DNA of 64,000 nucleotides from an uncultured Trueperaceae bacterium (GCA_963799485.1 CAWCXJ010000006.1:128001-192000); one strand, 5' to 3'; positions 40,879-51,440 are shown, numbered from the stretch's first letter. Translations and numbers: made by a program. Notes: generated by a model from the letters alone, not told the origin.

Positions 40879-41793
40879 GTGAGTCAATTTCAAAATCGTG
40901 CTAGACGAGATGCTGAAAAAGCTCGTAGCAAAGCCTTTTGGCACAAAGTCACGCACAACCTCCGGGGGATACCGAACGAACTTCTACCTTTTAGTGTGGT
41001 TAAAGACCTGCATCCGGAAAGCGAGAACTACGGCGGCGTCAAACCGATTCCCATTGGGCAGATCGTCGGCTCGGTCGACCGCTACCGCGACTTCGACCAC
41101 TACTTCTTGCCGCGCGTCGGTCACACCATCGAACGCTGGGCCGGAATTCGGCAAGCGGGACTCGAGGGCAAAGAGCTGCCGCCGATCAGCGTCTACAAGG
41201 TCGGCGACGTTTACTTCGTCAAAGACGGACATCACCGGGTTTCGGTCGCCCGTAACGCCGGGCAATACTTTATCGACGCCGAAATCATTGAGCTGAGCGT
41301 GACCGTTCCGCCCAACTCGACCGATACCTTAAAAGAGATCATCATCAAGGGTGAGTACGCCGACTTTCTGGAAAAAACGCAGCTCAACAAGGTGCGCCCC
41401 GGTCACTACGCGGTTCTCTTTACCGTTACGGGCCGTTATGACGTGCTGCTCGACCATATCAGAACTCGGCAGTACTATCTGGGGCTCAAGTATCAGCGTG
41501 AGGTCTCGTGGGAGGAGGCCGTAGGTTCGTGGTACGACCGCTTCTACAAACGCGTCGTCGACGAAATCCGTGAACACGGCGTGTTGCGCCGTTTTCCCGG
41601 ACGCAACGAAGCCGACCTCTACTTGTGGATCATGGATCACCGCTACTACCTCAAACAGCAGTACGGTCGCGACGTCGGTTCGGAAGAAGCCGCGACGGAC
41701 TTTTCACAGCGCTACGCCGGGTCTTCGCCGCAGCGGGCGTGGCAGCGGGCGCTCTTTCGCTGGCGCGGCGGCAGATTGTCGAATTCAAAATAG
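40879..41793 (+). CDS. ParB-like N-terminal + DUF4032 domain protein
   Basis: IVGSVDRYRDFD, YFVKDGHHRVSVA, ADLYLWIMDHRYYL. Confidence 0.8.
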   Translation: MSQFQNRARRDAEKARSKAFWHKVTHNLRGIPNELLPFSVVKDLHPESENYGGVKPIPIGQIVGSVDRYRDFDHYFLPRVGHTIERWAGIRQAGLEGKELPPISVYKVGDVYFVKDGHHRVSVARNAGQYFIDAEIIELSVTVPPNSTDTLKEIIIKGEYADFLEKTQLNKVRPGHYAVLFTVTGRYDVLLDHIRTRQYYLGLKYQREVSWEEAVGSWYDRFYKRVVDEIREHGVLRRFPGRNEADLYLWIMDHRYYLKQQYGRDVGSEEAATDFSQRYAGSSPQRAWQRALFRWRGGRLSNSK

Positions 41794-41942
41794 CTGTTTT
41801 TGAGCCCGGCTGGTTTTTTAGGTTTATCGCAGTGAAACGGACGTGTAACCAAAACACCCCTTAACCCTCAGTCGAACAGTCAAAGAGACAAGTCGTGTTT
41901 CGCGCGACGCCTGCTCCCCTTGGCGCTGTGCTATGACAGCGT

Positions 41943-42971
41943 ATGACTCAGAGCACGCGTAAGCAGATAGATTGGGCGGCAGCGGGCGCACAGCTCGTAG
42001 CGGGCCGCGTCAGGCATTTCGGCGACCCGGCTGCCGAGGTAGCCGTTTTGGAAACTGCAGGCATTGTGCCGCTGTTAGGGACGGGCGCGCTCAGGCTTAC
42101 AGGGGCGGACAGGCTCGAGTTTCTCCACGGTCAGGTCAGTAACGAGGTCAAACGCCTGGCGCCGGGTGAAGGCCGCGCCGCGCTGATGCTCAATATTCGC
42201 GGACACGCACTCGCCCTGATGCGCCTCTACCGCCGCGAGGACGACCTCTTCGTAGCCGCTGAAGGGGGCGCTACGGCGCGGCTCGAGGCCGGGTTACGCG
42301 CTCACATCATCTTCGATCAGGTCGAGATTCACAACCTGAGTGACAGTTTGACCGCCCTCACACTTCAAGGTAGGGACGCCGGAAAAGTCCTGCTCGAGGT
42401 TTTCCGGGCGGACTTACCCGCTCCCGACACGTTTATACAGCTTCCGTTCGCCTCAGCCAAAGTGCTGGTCGGCCCGGTTTTTCGCAGTCGCGCGGGGGGC
42501 TTCGACCTGCACGTTTTAACCAGGGACGCCGGCGCGCTGGTGGCTGCGTTACAAGACGCCGGGGCGGGGCTTGCCGGGGAGGACGCGCTTACCGCGCTGC
42601 GTAGCGAAGCGGGTATCGCCGAAGCCGAGTTCGAAGGGGGCGAGGGCGTGCTGCCGCAAGAAGCGGGGCTTACTTACGCCCTCTCATACCGTAAAGGCTG
42701 TTATCTGGGGCAGGAGATCATGGCGCGTATCGAGGCGCGCGGCAAGGTGCGGCGGCGTTTGGTCGGACTAAAGCTCTCAGCGTTACCTGAACCCGGCGAG
42801 CGAGACCTCAAACAAGACGGTAAAACCGTTGGACGGTTGGGAGGCGTCGCGGCGCATCCACATCTAGGTATGATTGCGCTCGGGAGTGTTCGGACGGAAA
42901 TCGCAGCAGGCGAAACGTCAGAAGTCGGTCGGGTTCAGGCAGTCGTGACGGATTTGCCCATAACGCGTTAG
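41943..42971 (+). CDS. ygfZ: Folate-binding YgfZ/GcvT family protein
   Basis: KGCYLGQE signature. Confidence 0.88.
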   Translation: MTQSTRKQIDWAAAGAQLVAGRVRHFGDPAAEVAVLETAGIVPLLGTGALRLTGADRLEFLHGQVSNEVKRLAPGEGRAALMLNIRGHALALMRLYRREDDLFVAAEGGATARLEAGLRAHIIFDQVEIHNLSDSLTALTLQGRDAGKVLLEVFRADLPAPDTFIQLPFASAKVLVGPVFRSRAGGFDLHVLTRDAGALVAALQDAGAGLAGEDALTALRSEAGIAEAEFEGGEGVLPQEAGLTYALSYRKGCYLGQEIMARIEARGKVRRRLVGLKLSALPEPGERDLKQDGKTVGRLGGVAAHPHLGMIALGSVRTEIAAGETSEVGRVQAVVTDLPITR

Positions 42972-43016
42972 CGTGTACACAGCCGGTCTAGGTTATGTGC
43001 GCGCTATAATGACGCT

Positions 43017-44663
43017 ATGAAACCGAAAAAAGCGTGGCTCGAGGCGAGTTACCGCGCCGCCACCGTGCGCGTGCCGGAACGCCCCTACCCGTTTCGGACG
43101 CTCTCCAACCTCCCGGTCGAACCCGTCTATACTCATGAAGACTTAGCGGGCTTCGACCCGGACGAAAAGCTCGGCTACCCCGGCGAGTATCCGTACACGC
43201 GCGGCGTACAGGCGAGCATGTACCGCAGCAAACTCTGGACGATGCGGCAGTTTGCCGGGTTCGGCTCTGCCGCACAGACCAACGCCCGTTTTAAGAAACT
43301 CCTGGCAGCCGGTCAGACCGGGCTGTCAACGGCGTTCGATTTACCTACCCTGATGGGTTACGACGCCGACCATGAGATGGCGCGGGGCGAAGTCGGCAAG
43401 ATGGGCGTCGCGGTCTCGTCACTGGCCGATATGGAAATCCTGTTTGCCGGCATCGACGTCGAAGCCGTGACCACCTCGATGACCATCAACAGCCCTGCCA
43501 ACGCGGTTTGGGCGATGTACTTAGTCAACGCCGAAAAACGCGGGGCCGACCTCGGCAAGGTCGGCGGCACGCTGCAAAACGACATCTTAAAAGAGTTTAT
43601 CGCGCAAAAAGAGTACATCTTTCCGCCTGCGCCCTCCGTTGAACTCGTCATCGACACCTTCGAGTGGGGGCCGAAAGTTGTGCCGAAATGGAACTTTATC
43701 TCGGTCTCGGGCTATCACATCCGCGAAGCTGGCAGTACGGCGGTGCAAGAGCTGGCGTTTACGCTCGCCGACGGGCTTCACTATGTGCGGAAGGCGTTGG
43801 GGCGCGGCTTGGACATCGACGAGTTCGCGCCCCGTATCAGCTTTTTCTTCAACGTCCACAACGATTTTTTTGAAGAGATCGCCAAGTTTCGGGCGGCAAG
43901 GCGGATTTGGGCGCGGCAGATGCGCGATGTTTACGGCGCAAAAAACCCCAAATCGTGGATGCTCCGGACGCACGCGCAGACTGCCGGGGTCTCCTTGACC
44001 GCGCAGCAACCGCAGGTCAATATCGCCCGCGTTGCCATCCAAGCCCTCGCCGGAGTTTTGGGCGGCACCAACAGCCTCCACACCGACGCCTTCGACGAGG
44101 CGCTCGCCCTCCCAACCGAGGCCGCCGCCACCTTAGCGCTCAGGACGCAGCAGGTGATTGCGTATGAAACGGGCGTAACGAACACCGCCGACCCGCTCGG
44201 CGGCTCGTATTACCTCGAGGCCCTGACCGATGAGATGGAGCGCGCCTGCCTCGCCTATTTTGAACAGATTGACGCGCTCGGCGGCGTAGAAGCCGCGATA
44301 GACGCCGGCTTTTTTGCCGCTGAAATCGGGGACGCCTCGTATCAGCAGCAGCGCGAGTTCGACACCGCCGAACGCCTGACGGTCGGGGTCAACGCGTTCG
44401 TCTCGGAAGCTTCGGAAACGCCGCTCTTGCCTTTTAACCCGGAAGTGGAGCGAGAGCAGCAAAGGCGGCTCGCTACTGTGCGCCGCGAACGCGACCCGGG
44501 GGCCGCGCAAGCCGCCCTCGAGCGTCTCCAAAAAGCAGCTAAAGAGGGCCAAAACACCATGCCCGCATTTATGGCGTGCGCGCACGCCTACTGCACCTTG
44601 GGTGAGCAGATGGACGTACTGCGCGAGGTTTACGGCAGCTATCAGGAACCGGCGGTGGTCTGA
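43017..44663 (+). CDS. AdoCbl-dependent acyl-CoA mutase large subunit (MCM family; isobutyryl-CoA-mutase-type residues)
   Basis: [45 protein letters not shown]. Confidence 0.92.
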   Translation: MKPKKAWLEASYRAATVRVPERPYPFRTLSNLPVEPVYTHEDLAGFDPDEKLGYPGEYPYTRGVQASMYRSKLWTMRQFAGFGSAAQTNARFKKLLAAGQTGLSTAFDLPTLMGYDADHEMARGEVGKMGVAVSSLADMEILFAGIDVEAVTTSMTINSPANAVWAMYLVNAEKRGADLGKVGGTLQNDILKEFIAQKEYIFPPAPSVELVIDTFEWGPKVVPKWNFISVSGYHIREAGSTAVQELAFTLADGLHYVRKALGRGLDIDEFAPRISFFFNVHNDFFEEIAKFRAARRIWARQMRDVYGAKNPKSWMLRTHAQTAGVSLTAQQPQVNIARVAIQALAGVLGGTNSLHTDAFDEALALPTEAAATLALRTQQVIAYETGVTNTADPLGGSYYLEALTDEMERACLAYFEQIDALGGVEAAIDAGFFAAEIGDASYQQQREFDTAERLTVGVNAFVSEASETPLLPFNPEVEREQQRRLATVRRERDPGAAQAALERLQKAAKEGQNTMPAFMACAHAYCTLGEQMDVLREVYGSYQEPAVV

Positions 44664-45109
44664 TGACGGAGCACTCCGAAACCGCACTCGAGTCCGAACC
44701 CCGCCCCATCCGCGTGCTTATCGCCAAACCCGGTTTGGACGGTCACGACCGGGGCGCAAAAGTCATTGCCCGCGCCCTCCGCGACGCCGGCATGGAGGTT
44801 ATCTATACCGGCCTGCGGCAGACGAGCGACATGATCGTTTCAGCCGCTATCCAAGAAGACGTGGACGTGGTGGGCTTGTCGGTTTTGTCCGGCGCACACC
44901 TGCACTATTTTCAGGAACTTACCGACAAGTTGCGCGCACGCGGAGCCGACGACATCTTGATCTTCGGCGGCGGCATCGTGCCGGATGAAGACCTGCCGAA
45001 ACTCAAAAAGATGGGCGTAGCGGCGATTTTTACGCCGGGGACGAGTACGCAGGAGGTGGTGACATTTTTACGGGAGCAGCTACCCGAGGCTAAGACGCAG
45101 GAGCTTTGA
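44663..45109 (+). CDS. Cobalamin-binding small subunit of acyl-CoA mutase
   Basis: [23 protein letters not shown]. Confidence 0.94.
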   Translation: MTEHSETALESEPRPIRVLIAKPGLDGHDRGAKVIARALRDAGMEVIYTGLRQTSDMIVSAAIQEDVDVVGLSVLSGAHLHYFQELTDKLRARGADDILIFGGGIVPDEDLPKLKKMGVAAIFTPGTSTQEVVTFLREQLPEAKTQEL

Positions 45110-45620
45110 GCGTCTTTTCAAAAAGAATGCCGCGCCAGCCGCCGAGTTTGAGCTGTGTAACTTCAGAGAACCCGGCACGGCGGTAATACGCACGTAAAGA
45201 GGCGTTTTCAGCCCAGCAGTCGAGCCGGAGGATGTCCAAACCCCTGTTCCTTGCCGCCTGTTCAGCCCAACCTAGCAGCACTTTGCCGACGCCCTGACCG
45301 GCGTAGTCGCGGTGAACAGCTAACGCCTCGAGATACCCGCCCGCCGCACGTTCATCACAAATACCTCGGGCGTAGTTCGGCGCTTCCGGACTAAAAACGA
45401 GCGTTCCGATCATCCGTTCGCCGTCTCTCACAACGAAAAAGTGTCCGGCACTCAGCCAAGCTGTAAATCTTTGCCGCTGCACCTCACTTGCCGAAAACGG
45501 TTCATTGCCCCACTGCTCTTTTAGACCTCGAGCCATGAGCCACGCCTGCACCGAGTCAAACAGCTCGAGTACCCCTTCCAAATCTCTTAGAGAAGCCGTT
45601 TGCACTTTAAGGGCGCTCAT
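45090..45620 (-). CDS. GNAT family N-acetyltransferase
   Basis: AGQGVG, LRLDC, N..LRAYY..AGF. Confidence 0.88.
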   Translation of the reverse strand: MSALKVQTASLRDLEGVLELFDSVQAWLMARGLKEQWGNEPFSASEVQRQRFTAWLSAGHFFVVRDGERMIGTLVFSPEAPNYARGICDERAAGGYLEALAVHRDYAGQGVGKVLLGWAEQAARNRGLDILRLDCWAENASLRAYYRRAGFSEVTQLKLGGWRGILFEKTLKAPAS

Positions 45621-46534
45621 CGGTAGGACACAAAAACTTTTACGGGGGTAGTTGCAGACAGCTGTTCAAACGTTTCAGGCAGCTCCCCGGCCCCAACCCG
45701 CAACGTGAAAAGCTTGTCCAGCGGCACTTTCGTTTCCTGCCAATGTTCAAAAAAAGCCCGCGCGTGTCCCGGATAATCTTCCCCATCCGACGACGCGACA
45801 ACTGAAAGTTCACGGGCGTGAAACTCGGGAGTTAGAGCGAGCGGCTCGAGGTTCCCATCTGCCAGAATACAGATTTGACCTCCGACTTTCAGGTGACGTT
45901 GCAAGGTTGCAAAGCCGGCTTGGCGGCTCGAGCATTCCACCCCGGCGGCGTAGAGTTCACCGTTTGGTTTATCCGGCGAGAAAACAGCGCGCGCACCCAA
46001 CGTAAGCGCCAACTCTCGCCGCCTCGGTTCGGGTTCGACCACATCTGCTTGAAACCCCAGCCACCGTAAACGGTAGAGCGTCAGGAGTCCTACCGTTCCG
46101 GCTCCAGTGATGAGTACAGCGCCTTTACGGCCCAGCCGCAACTTTCCGACGCCCTTACTCGAGTCGTTCGACAAAACGGCTAAAAGCGCAATCTCATCGG
46201 GAACAGCGTCCGGAACACGCATGAGGTTTACGGCAGAAACGCACGCAGCGGTGCGGTGTCCGCAAGTTGAGACGACACGTTCGCCGACGCGGACGTTTTT
46301 TACGGCGTGGCCCGTCCGAACGACCCGTGCCAGACTCTCGTAACCGGTCATCAGCGGGTAGTTGGGGCTATCTACCGCACGCGCATCACCCCGGTAAAGG
46401 GGCAGTTCTGTCCCAACACTGACAGCTCCGGCAAGGGTCTCGAGCCACACTTCACCCGCTGCGGGTGGTTCTAGCTCGCCTTCTGTCCAACGCAAATCGC
46501 GCGGGCCGTAGAGGAGCAGTTCGGCGTAACGCAC
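45617..46534 (-). CDS. MDR/zinc-binding alcohol dehydrogenase-like protein
   Basis: SVGTE, GYE, GAGTVG Rossmann motif. Confidence 0.8.
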   Translation of the reverse strand: MRYAELLLYGPRDLRWTEGELEPPAAGEVWLETLAGAVSVGTELPLYRGDARAVDSPNYPLMTGYESLARVVRTGHAVKNVRVGERVVSTCGHRTAACVSAVNLMRVPDAVPDEIALLAVLSNDSSKGVGKLRLGRKGAVLITGAGTVGLLTLYRLRWLGFQADVVEPEPRRRELALTLGARAVFSPDKPNGELYAAGVECSSRQAGFATLQRHLKVGGQICILADGNLEPLALTPEFHARELSVVASSDGEDYPGHARAFFEHWQETKVPLDKLFTLRVGAGELPETFEQLSATTPVKVFVSYR

Positions 46535-46545
46535 CCGCTACTTCG

Positions 46546-47247
46546 TTACGATTCTTTCGCCCACAACAGCCGCCCACAGCTCGGGCAACGCGTCACACCT
46601 TTGCCACTCCGGGACTTTTGAATCACGTGAATCGGCAGCCGCACATTGCAGCCGCCGCACCGCTGATTGTCGATGATTTCGACCAGACCGACGCCGCGCC
46701 GCGCCTTCCGCACCTGCTCATACTGCTTTAAGAGCGGCGCGTCCACCTCTGCCGCGACCTTCTCGCGCTCGTCAGTGAGCGTTTCGATGCGGGCGTCTAC
46801 ATCCTTGACGCGGGCCGCTTCAGCTTCAGCGGCGCTCTCGAGTTCGGGTTCCAGGTCTTCGATGTCGCCGCGCAACCGGTTGACGTCTTCTTCAAAACCC
46901 TCGAGCCGTTCCAGCAGCGGCAGGGTATCTTCTTCCAGTTCTTGATAGCGCGTGGCAAACTGCATCTCCTGGTTTTGATACTGCGCCGCTTCTTTGGCGG
47001 TAGCGGCCCCCAACGCCCCCTGCGCGGCGCTTTTACGGCGCTCGTCGAGGGTCTTAAGCTCCAGCTCGCTCTGCGACACTTCTTTACGAAGCTCGCTATA
47101 GCGCACTTCAGCCGCCTCTAGTTCGGTTTGTAGCTGCGCGATACGCTCACGCAAACTAAGCAGTTCGGTGGGCGTCTGCCCCCGCTCTTCCAGGAGCGTG
47201 TCAAGGTCGAGGTCGCGGCGCTGCACCTGACTTAAGGTCTCGAGCAT
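46546..47247 (-). CDS. Coiled-coil C4 zinc-ribbon protein (DUF164-like)
   Basis: Coiled coil then CGGC...CPSCGRLL; SD AGGAGG. Confidence 0.88.
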   Translation of the reverse strand: MLETLSQVQRRDLDLDTLLEERGQTPTELLSLRERIAQLQTELEAAEVRYSELRKEVSQSELELKTLDERRKSAAQGALGAATAKEAAQYQNQEMQFATRYQELEEDTLPLLERLEGFEEDVNRLRGDIEDLEPELESAAEAEAARVKDVDARIETLTDEREKVAAEVDAPLLKQYEQVRKARRGVGLVEIIDNQRCGGCNVRLPIHVIQKSRSGKGVTRCPSCGRLLWAKES

Positions 47248-47288
47248 GGTTTCCTCCTGCGCCCTGCAGCACCGTAAAAATGCCCCAT

Positions 47289-47320
47289 AAAAAACCGCCC
47301 GGTCAAACGACGGGACGGTT
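47289..47320 (-). terminator. Terminator-like hairpin + U6 within the leader of the zinc-ribbon gene
   Basis: AACCGTCCCGTC-GTTT-GACCGGGCGGTT then TTTT on minus strand. Confidence 0.55.
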
Positions 47321-47414
47321 CAGGCTGGGCCACAGGGCGACTTCACTAGCTCACTCTAGCACACGCGTTCTAACGGTTTTGTCGCAGCTACGCCGCACTT
47401 GGTAGACTCGGCGC

Positions 47415-47879
47415 ATGTTCGAGGAGTCGGTCGAGAGTTTTATCACCCAGTGGCGGCCCTACGCCGCCGACGTTACGCTTTTCTCACACACCGAAGGAAC
47501 CCCGCTTTTAGAGTGCCGCGCCGCCGGCGTTATCTTCAGCGTCTTGGAGCGTACCGGCCCCTACAGCGCAGACATCGGCTCCGCCAAACTCATCTTGCAC
47601 CTTATGACCGAGCATATCGAGCAGTCCGGAGAAGCTGCGCGCAAGCTCACCGTGCTCGGGCCGAGTCAGCTCAAGGCGTGGGGTTTAGTCGTGTTGCGGC
47701 AGGGCCGGATGGTCGTCGTCGATGCGGGCGCGCCGCTTGTTATCGGGAGTTTTGCGCCGCTACCCGAGACGCTCGCTGCCGGTGACTGGGTAACGGTTAC
47801 GGGACTGCCGCCGGTTCACGGATTTTTGCTGCCTAAAACGACGCGTACGGCGCTCGCCCCGGCACACAGTGAGATTTAA
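47415..47879 (+). CDS. Hypothetical protein
   Basis: 154 aa; TAGACT 6 nt before ATG (leaderless). Confidence 0.75.
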   Translation: MFEESVESFITQWRPYAADVTLFSHTEGTPLLECRAAGVIFSVLERTGPYSADIGSAKLILHLMTEHIEQSGEAARKLTVLGPSQLKAWGLVVLRQGRMVVVDAGAPLVIGSFAPLPETLAAGDWVTVTGLPPVHGFLLPKTTRTALAPAHSEI

Positions 47880-47959
47880 CGGTGAGGTTTAACAGTAAGG
47901 TTTTACGGTGAGATTCAACCGTGAGATTTTACCGTAAAATCCGACAGTGAAAATACCGA
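47869..47959. repeat. Degenerate 13-nt tandem repeat x7
   Basis: GTGAGATTTAACG / GTGAGGTTTAACA / GTAAGGTTTTACG / GTGAGATTCAACC / GTGAGATTTTACC / GTAAAATCCGACA / GTGAAATACCGAA. Confidence 0.85.
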
Positions 47960-47961
47960 AA

Positions 47962-48825
47962 TCAAGCAACAGTTAGACGAACTTTGATATGCCAGGGGTC
48001 AACCGCTACGGCTTCCTCGGCTGTGGTGTCTACCGCGTAACCGGCGGCGCTGAGTCTGGCTGTAACCCGGCCCAGCTCGGCTTTTGAGGGTAGCTCAAGC
48101 CGCCATTCCAGCAGCCGCGCGTCGTCCGCTGCTGCGACGGGTGCGCCCGCCGCCCAGGTATTAAAGCCGACGTGGTGGTGATAGCCGCCTGCCGAAACGA
48201 ACCGAGCGCCCGGATACGAGGTGATAGTCGGTGCAAAACCCAGTCCCCGCTCGTAAAACGAAGCGGCCCTAGCGAGGTCGCCGACGTAAAAGTGAACGTG
48301 TCCCAGGGTCGTTCCGGCAGGCATCCCCCGGTAAGGTTTATCGCCTGCAGCGCTCAGCAGTCCCGGTACGTCGAGCGGCAAGCTGTCGCTGACGAGTTCG
48401 CCCTTTACGTGCTGCCATGCGTCGCGGGGCCGGTCGGCGTAAAGCTCGAGACCCAGGCCGTCCGGGTCGCTCAGGTAGAGCGCTTCGCTGAAAAGATGGT
48501 CGGCCATGCCGAGGTGAACCCCCGACGCGCTTATGTGCCGAAGTACCCTGCCGAGGTCGGCGCGGCCCGGGAGAAGTAGCGCCACATGATAGAGCCCCAA
48601 ACGCCCGCGTCTGGGTACAGGCCGCACACCCGGATGTTCACGCAGGGTGATGAGCGGGACGCCGCCCGCTGCGCCGAGCGACGCCGTACCCGCCGCTTGT
48701 GAACGCACCTCGAGGCCGAGCAAGCCCGCATAAAACGCCAGCGAACGCTCCAAAGCAGCCACTTGTAACGTCACCGGCCCAAGGCGAATGGTAGCAGGCA
48801 AGTGTGTCTGGGACGTTGTGGTCAT
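47962..48825 (-). CDS. VOC family protein (CatE-like catechol 2,3-dioxygenase)
   Basis: GLYHVALLLP, DHLFSEALYLSDPDG, GHVH, GGYHHHVGFNTW. Confidence 0.88.
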   Translation of the reverse strand: MTTTSQTHLPATIRLGPVTLQVAALERSLAFYAGLLGLEVRSQAAGTASLGAAGGVPLITLREHPGVRPVPRRGRLGLYHVALLLPGRADLGRVLRHISASGVHLGMADHLFSEALYLSDPDGLGLELYADRPRDAWQHVKGELVSDSLPLDVPGLLSAAGDKPYRGMPAGTTLGHVHFYVGDLARAASFYERGLGFAPTITSYPGARFVSAGGYHHHVGFNTWAAGAPVAAADDARLLEWRLELPSKAELGRVTARLSAAGYAVDTTAEEAVAVDPWHIKVRLTVA

Positions 48826-48826
48826 G

Positions 48827-49279
48827 TTAATCCGCGCGACCCCGACCGAAAAGCGCGTCTAGGGCATAGGCACCGGGGCCGGTCAGAGCCAGCGCCAGCG
48901 ACGCACCGAAAAGTGTCAGGACGAACTCGTAACCGCCGCTTTGCGCGAAAAACCCGGCAGGTAGATGTACGAGAAATAGCGCGCCCAGCATATCGGCGGC
49001 GAGGAGAATAGCGACGAGCGGAGTTAGCAGACCTAAAATCAGGGCGATACCGCCGCCGAACTCGAGCAGCGACACCAGCGGCGCGGTAATACCCGGCAGC
49101 GGCGCGCCGATTTGCGTAAAAAAGCCGGTCACGCCCGGAATACCGGAGTTAAAAAACTTGTCGTAACCGTGAACCACGAAAACGACGCCGACGACAACGC
49201 GCAAAATCGCAAGGCCGACGGCGAGACGGGTCACAGTAGCAGGGGCGGCGGTTTCGGTAACGGTAGCTGAATCGGTCAT
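48827..49279 (-). CDS. DoxX family membrane protein (CatD-like)
   Basis: LRVVVG..F..HG..K, EFGGG, GYEF, GPGAYALD. Confidence 0.9.
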   Translation of the reverse strand: MTDSATVTETAAPATVTRLAVGLAILRVVVGVVFVVHGYDKFFNSGIPGVTGFFTQIGAPLPGITAPLVSLLEFGGGIALILGLLTPLVAILLAADMLGALFLVHLPAGFFAQSGGYEFVLTLFGASLALALTGPGAYALDALFGRGRAD

Positions 49280-49293
49280 AGAAAATCTCCTGG

Positions 49294-49737
49294 TCAGGTG
49301 GTGCTGTGGGTGCGAGCGGCCTCGAGCAAGCTCAAAAACGCTCTCAGCTGCGCTTCACCAAGTTGCCCGAACTGACGGGCGTGAAGGTCTTTAAGAGGTG
49401 CGTCAAGCTCGGCGAGCAGCTCACGCCCCCTGTCGGTCAGGCGCGTCGTGACAACACGCCGGTCGGCGGTGCTGCGGCAGCGGGTGACGAGACCCTGCAC
49501 GCTCATCCGGTCCAAGAGCCGCGTCAGGTCGGGCGCGTGAACGAGGAGCCGTTCGCCGATTTCGCTAGCGGCGAGACCGGGATGTTCAAGGTTTTCTTCC
49601 GCTGCACCGCGTAGAATCCGCAAGATGTTAAACTGCGGTGCGCTCAGGCCGTGTTCTCTAAACAGTTCGGCGGCCTCGTAGCCAAGCGCAAGCGAAAGAC
49701 GCTGCAGGCTCAAGTAGACTTCGTGCTCGAGGCTCAT
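49294..49737 (-). CDS. MarR family transcriptional regulator
   Basis: QFNILRILRG, PDLTRLLDRM, DRRVV; start may lie a few codons upstream. Confidence 0.9.
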   Translation of the reverse strand: MSLEHEVYLSLQRLSLALGYEAAELFREHGLSAPQFNILRILRGAAEENLEHPGLAASEIGERLLVHAPDLTRLLDRMSVQGLVTRCRSTADRRVVTTRLTDRGRELLAELDAPLKDLHARQFGQLGEAQLRAFLSLLEAARTHSTT

Positions 49738-49791
49738 ATTGGACGTCTGGGTCTGGTTAGCGGACAGGGCCGTAGACCTCCTTCCATAAAC

Positions 49792-49829
49792 TTGTTCCAA
49801 CAATAGTTGTTTCAACAACTTTTTGTCAA
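49792..49829 (-). promoter_or_regulatory. Promoter with tandem palindromic operators (putative MarR sites)
   Basis: TTGTTCCAACAA 49792-803 and TTGTTTCAACAA 49807-818 overlap TTGACA(49829-24)-N18-TATTGT. Confidence 0.7.
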
Positions 49830-49939
49830 GACGGCCTGACTTACGGCGCGTTCACTTGTGCTGCACCCTCGAGCCGAAAGGATACTGTCTAGTCCGGCCC
49901 GATTCTCAGTTTGTTTGAAGTGTCGCCTCTGGCAGCCGG

Positions 49940-51385
49940 TTACAAAGCGTCACCGGTTGCCGAAATCCCGGCAGCAGCCTCGAGCGCCCCCGCGACCCGC
50001 AGCACCCGCGCGTCTGCCAGGGCCGGGGCCAAAAGCTGTACCCCACACGGCAACCCGTTCTCCGCCGTACCCGCCGGAACACTAATAGCCGGAACGCCCG
50101 CGAGGTTTGCCAGCACCGTATCGACGTCACCTAGATACATCGCCAGCGGATCGTTTACGTTTGCACCGAGAGGGAACGCAACTGTCGGAGCCGTCGGCGT
50201 CAGCAGCAGGTCGTAGTCTGCAAATGCCCGGGCCATATCGTCGGCGATCAGACGGCGCACCTTGAGGGCCTTGCCGTAGTAAGCGTCGTAGTATCCGGCT
50301 GACAGCGCGTAGGTTCCCATCAGGATACGGCGGCGCACCTCCGGGCCGAAACTCTCGCCGCGCGAACGCATCATCACCTCGGCTTGTCCAAGCCGGTTCG
50401 CGCCGCTGCGGTGACTGTAGAGCATCCCGTCAAAGCGCGCCAGGTTCGACGACGCTTCGGCCGGGGCGACCAGATAGTAGGCCGCTACGCCGTGCGGCGC
50501 GTGCGGCAACGAGACCTCACCGACTTCAGCCCCCAGGTCTCGCAGGGTTTTTTCGGTGCGCCCCAAAGCCGCCAAAACCCCGGCGCTGTTCCCTTCCCCG
50601 CAGAGTTCGGTGACCTTGCCGATACGGAAGCCGCTCAGGTCGCCCGGAGTGCGCGCGTCCGTCAAGTCGGGAGAGTCCGGGAGGCTGGTGGCATCATATG
50701 GGTCGTGAGCGAACATCACCGACAGGGCAAGCTCCAAATCACGGGTGCTGCGCGCCAAGACGCCGACCTGCTCCAGAGAGCTTGCGAACGCGATGACCCC
50801 GTAACGCGACAATGCGCCGTAGGTCGGCTTAAAGCCCAAGACCCCCGTAAAACTCGCGGGTTGCCGCACCGAGCCGCCCGTATCGGTACCGAGTGCGAGC
50901 GGGACGACGCCCGCAGCAACCGCCGCCGCCGAACCCCCCGACGAGCCGCCGGAAACGTACGCCGGGTTTCGTGGGTTACGCACCGGGCCGTACGCCGAGT
51001 TTTCGCTCGAGCTGCCCATCCCGAACTCGTCCAGGTTGGTTTTGCCGATGACAATCGCCCCGGCAGCCTCGAGCCGCGCCACCACCGTCGCGTTATAGGG
51101 CGGGACGAAGGTGTCCAGGCTTTTCGACCCCGCCGTCGTCCGAACGCCCAGGGTGCAGATATTGTCCTTGACCGCGACCGGTACCCCGGCAAGCGGCCCC
51201 AAGGTCTCCCCGGCAGCGCGGCGGGCGTCTACGGCGCGGGCCCGCTCGACAGCCTCCGGCAAGAGGGTGATAAAAGCGTTTAGCGCCGAGGCTGCCTCAG
51301 CCCGGGAGAGCGCACCACGCACCGCGTCTTCTGCGCTCAGCTTACCCTTTTGCACCGCCGCTGCCGTTTCAAAAGCCGTCGTCAT
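49940..51385 (-). CDS. gatA: Glu/Asp-tRNA amidotransferase subunit A
   Basis: KDNI, KTNLDEFGMGSS, GGSSGGS, DTGGSVRQPA, FGPEVRRRILMGTYALSAGYYDAYY. Confidence 0.96.
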   Translation of the reverse strand: MTTAFETAAAVQKGKLSAEDAVRGALSRAEAASALNAFITLLPEAVERARAVDARRAAGETLGPLAGVPVAVKDNICTLGVRTTAGSKSLDTFVPPYNATVVARLEAAGAIVIGKTNLDEFGMGSSSENSAYGPVRNPRNPAYVSGGSSGGSAAAVAAGVVPLALGTDTGGSVRQPASFTGVLGFKPTYGALSRYGVIAFASSLEQVGVLARSTRDLELALSVMFAHDPYDATSLPDSPDLTDARTPGDLSGFRIGKVTELCGEGNSAGVLAALGRTEKTLRDLGAEVGEVSLPHAPHGVAAYYLVAPAEASSNLARFDGMLYSHRSGANRLGQAEVMMRSRGESFGPEVRRRILMGTYALSAGYYDAYYGKALKVRRLIADDMARAFADYDLLLTPTAPTVAFPLGANVNDPLAMYLGDVDTVLANLAGVPAISVPAGTAENGLPCGVQLLAPALADARVLRVAGALEAAAGISATGDAL

Positions 51386-51440
51386 GAGGTGCAGCATAAC
51401 AAGCCTGCCGGGTGCAGTGCAGCGCGCTATACTCACCTGA

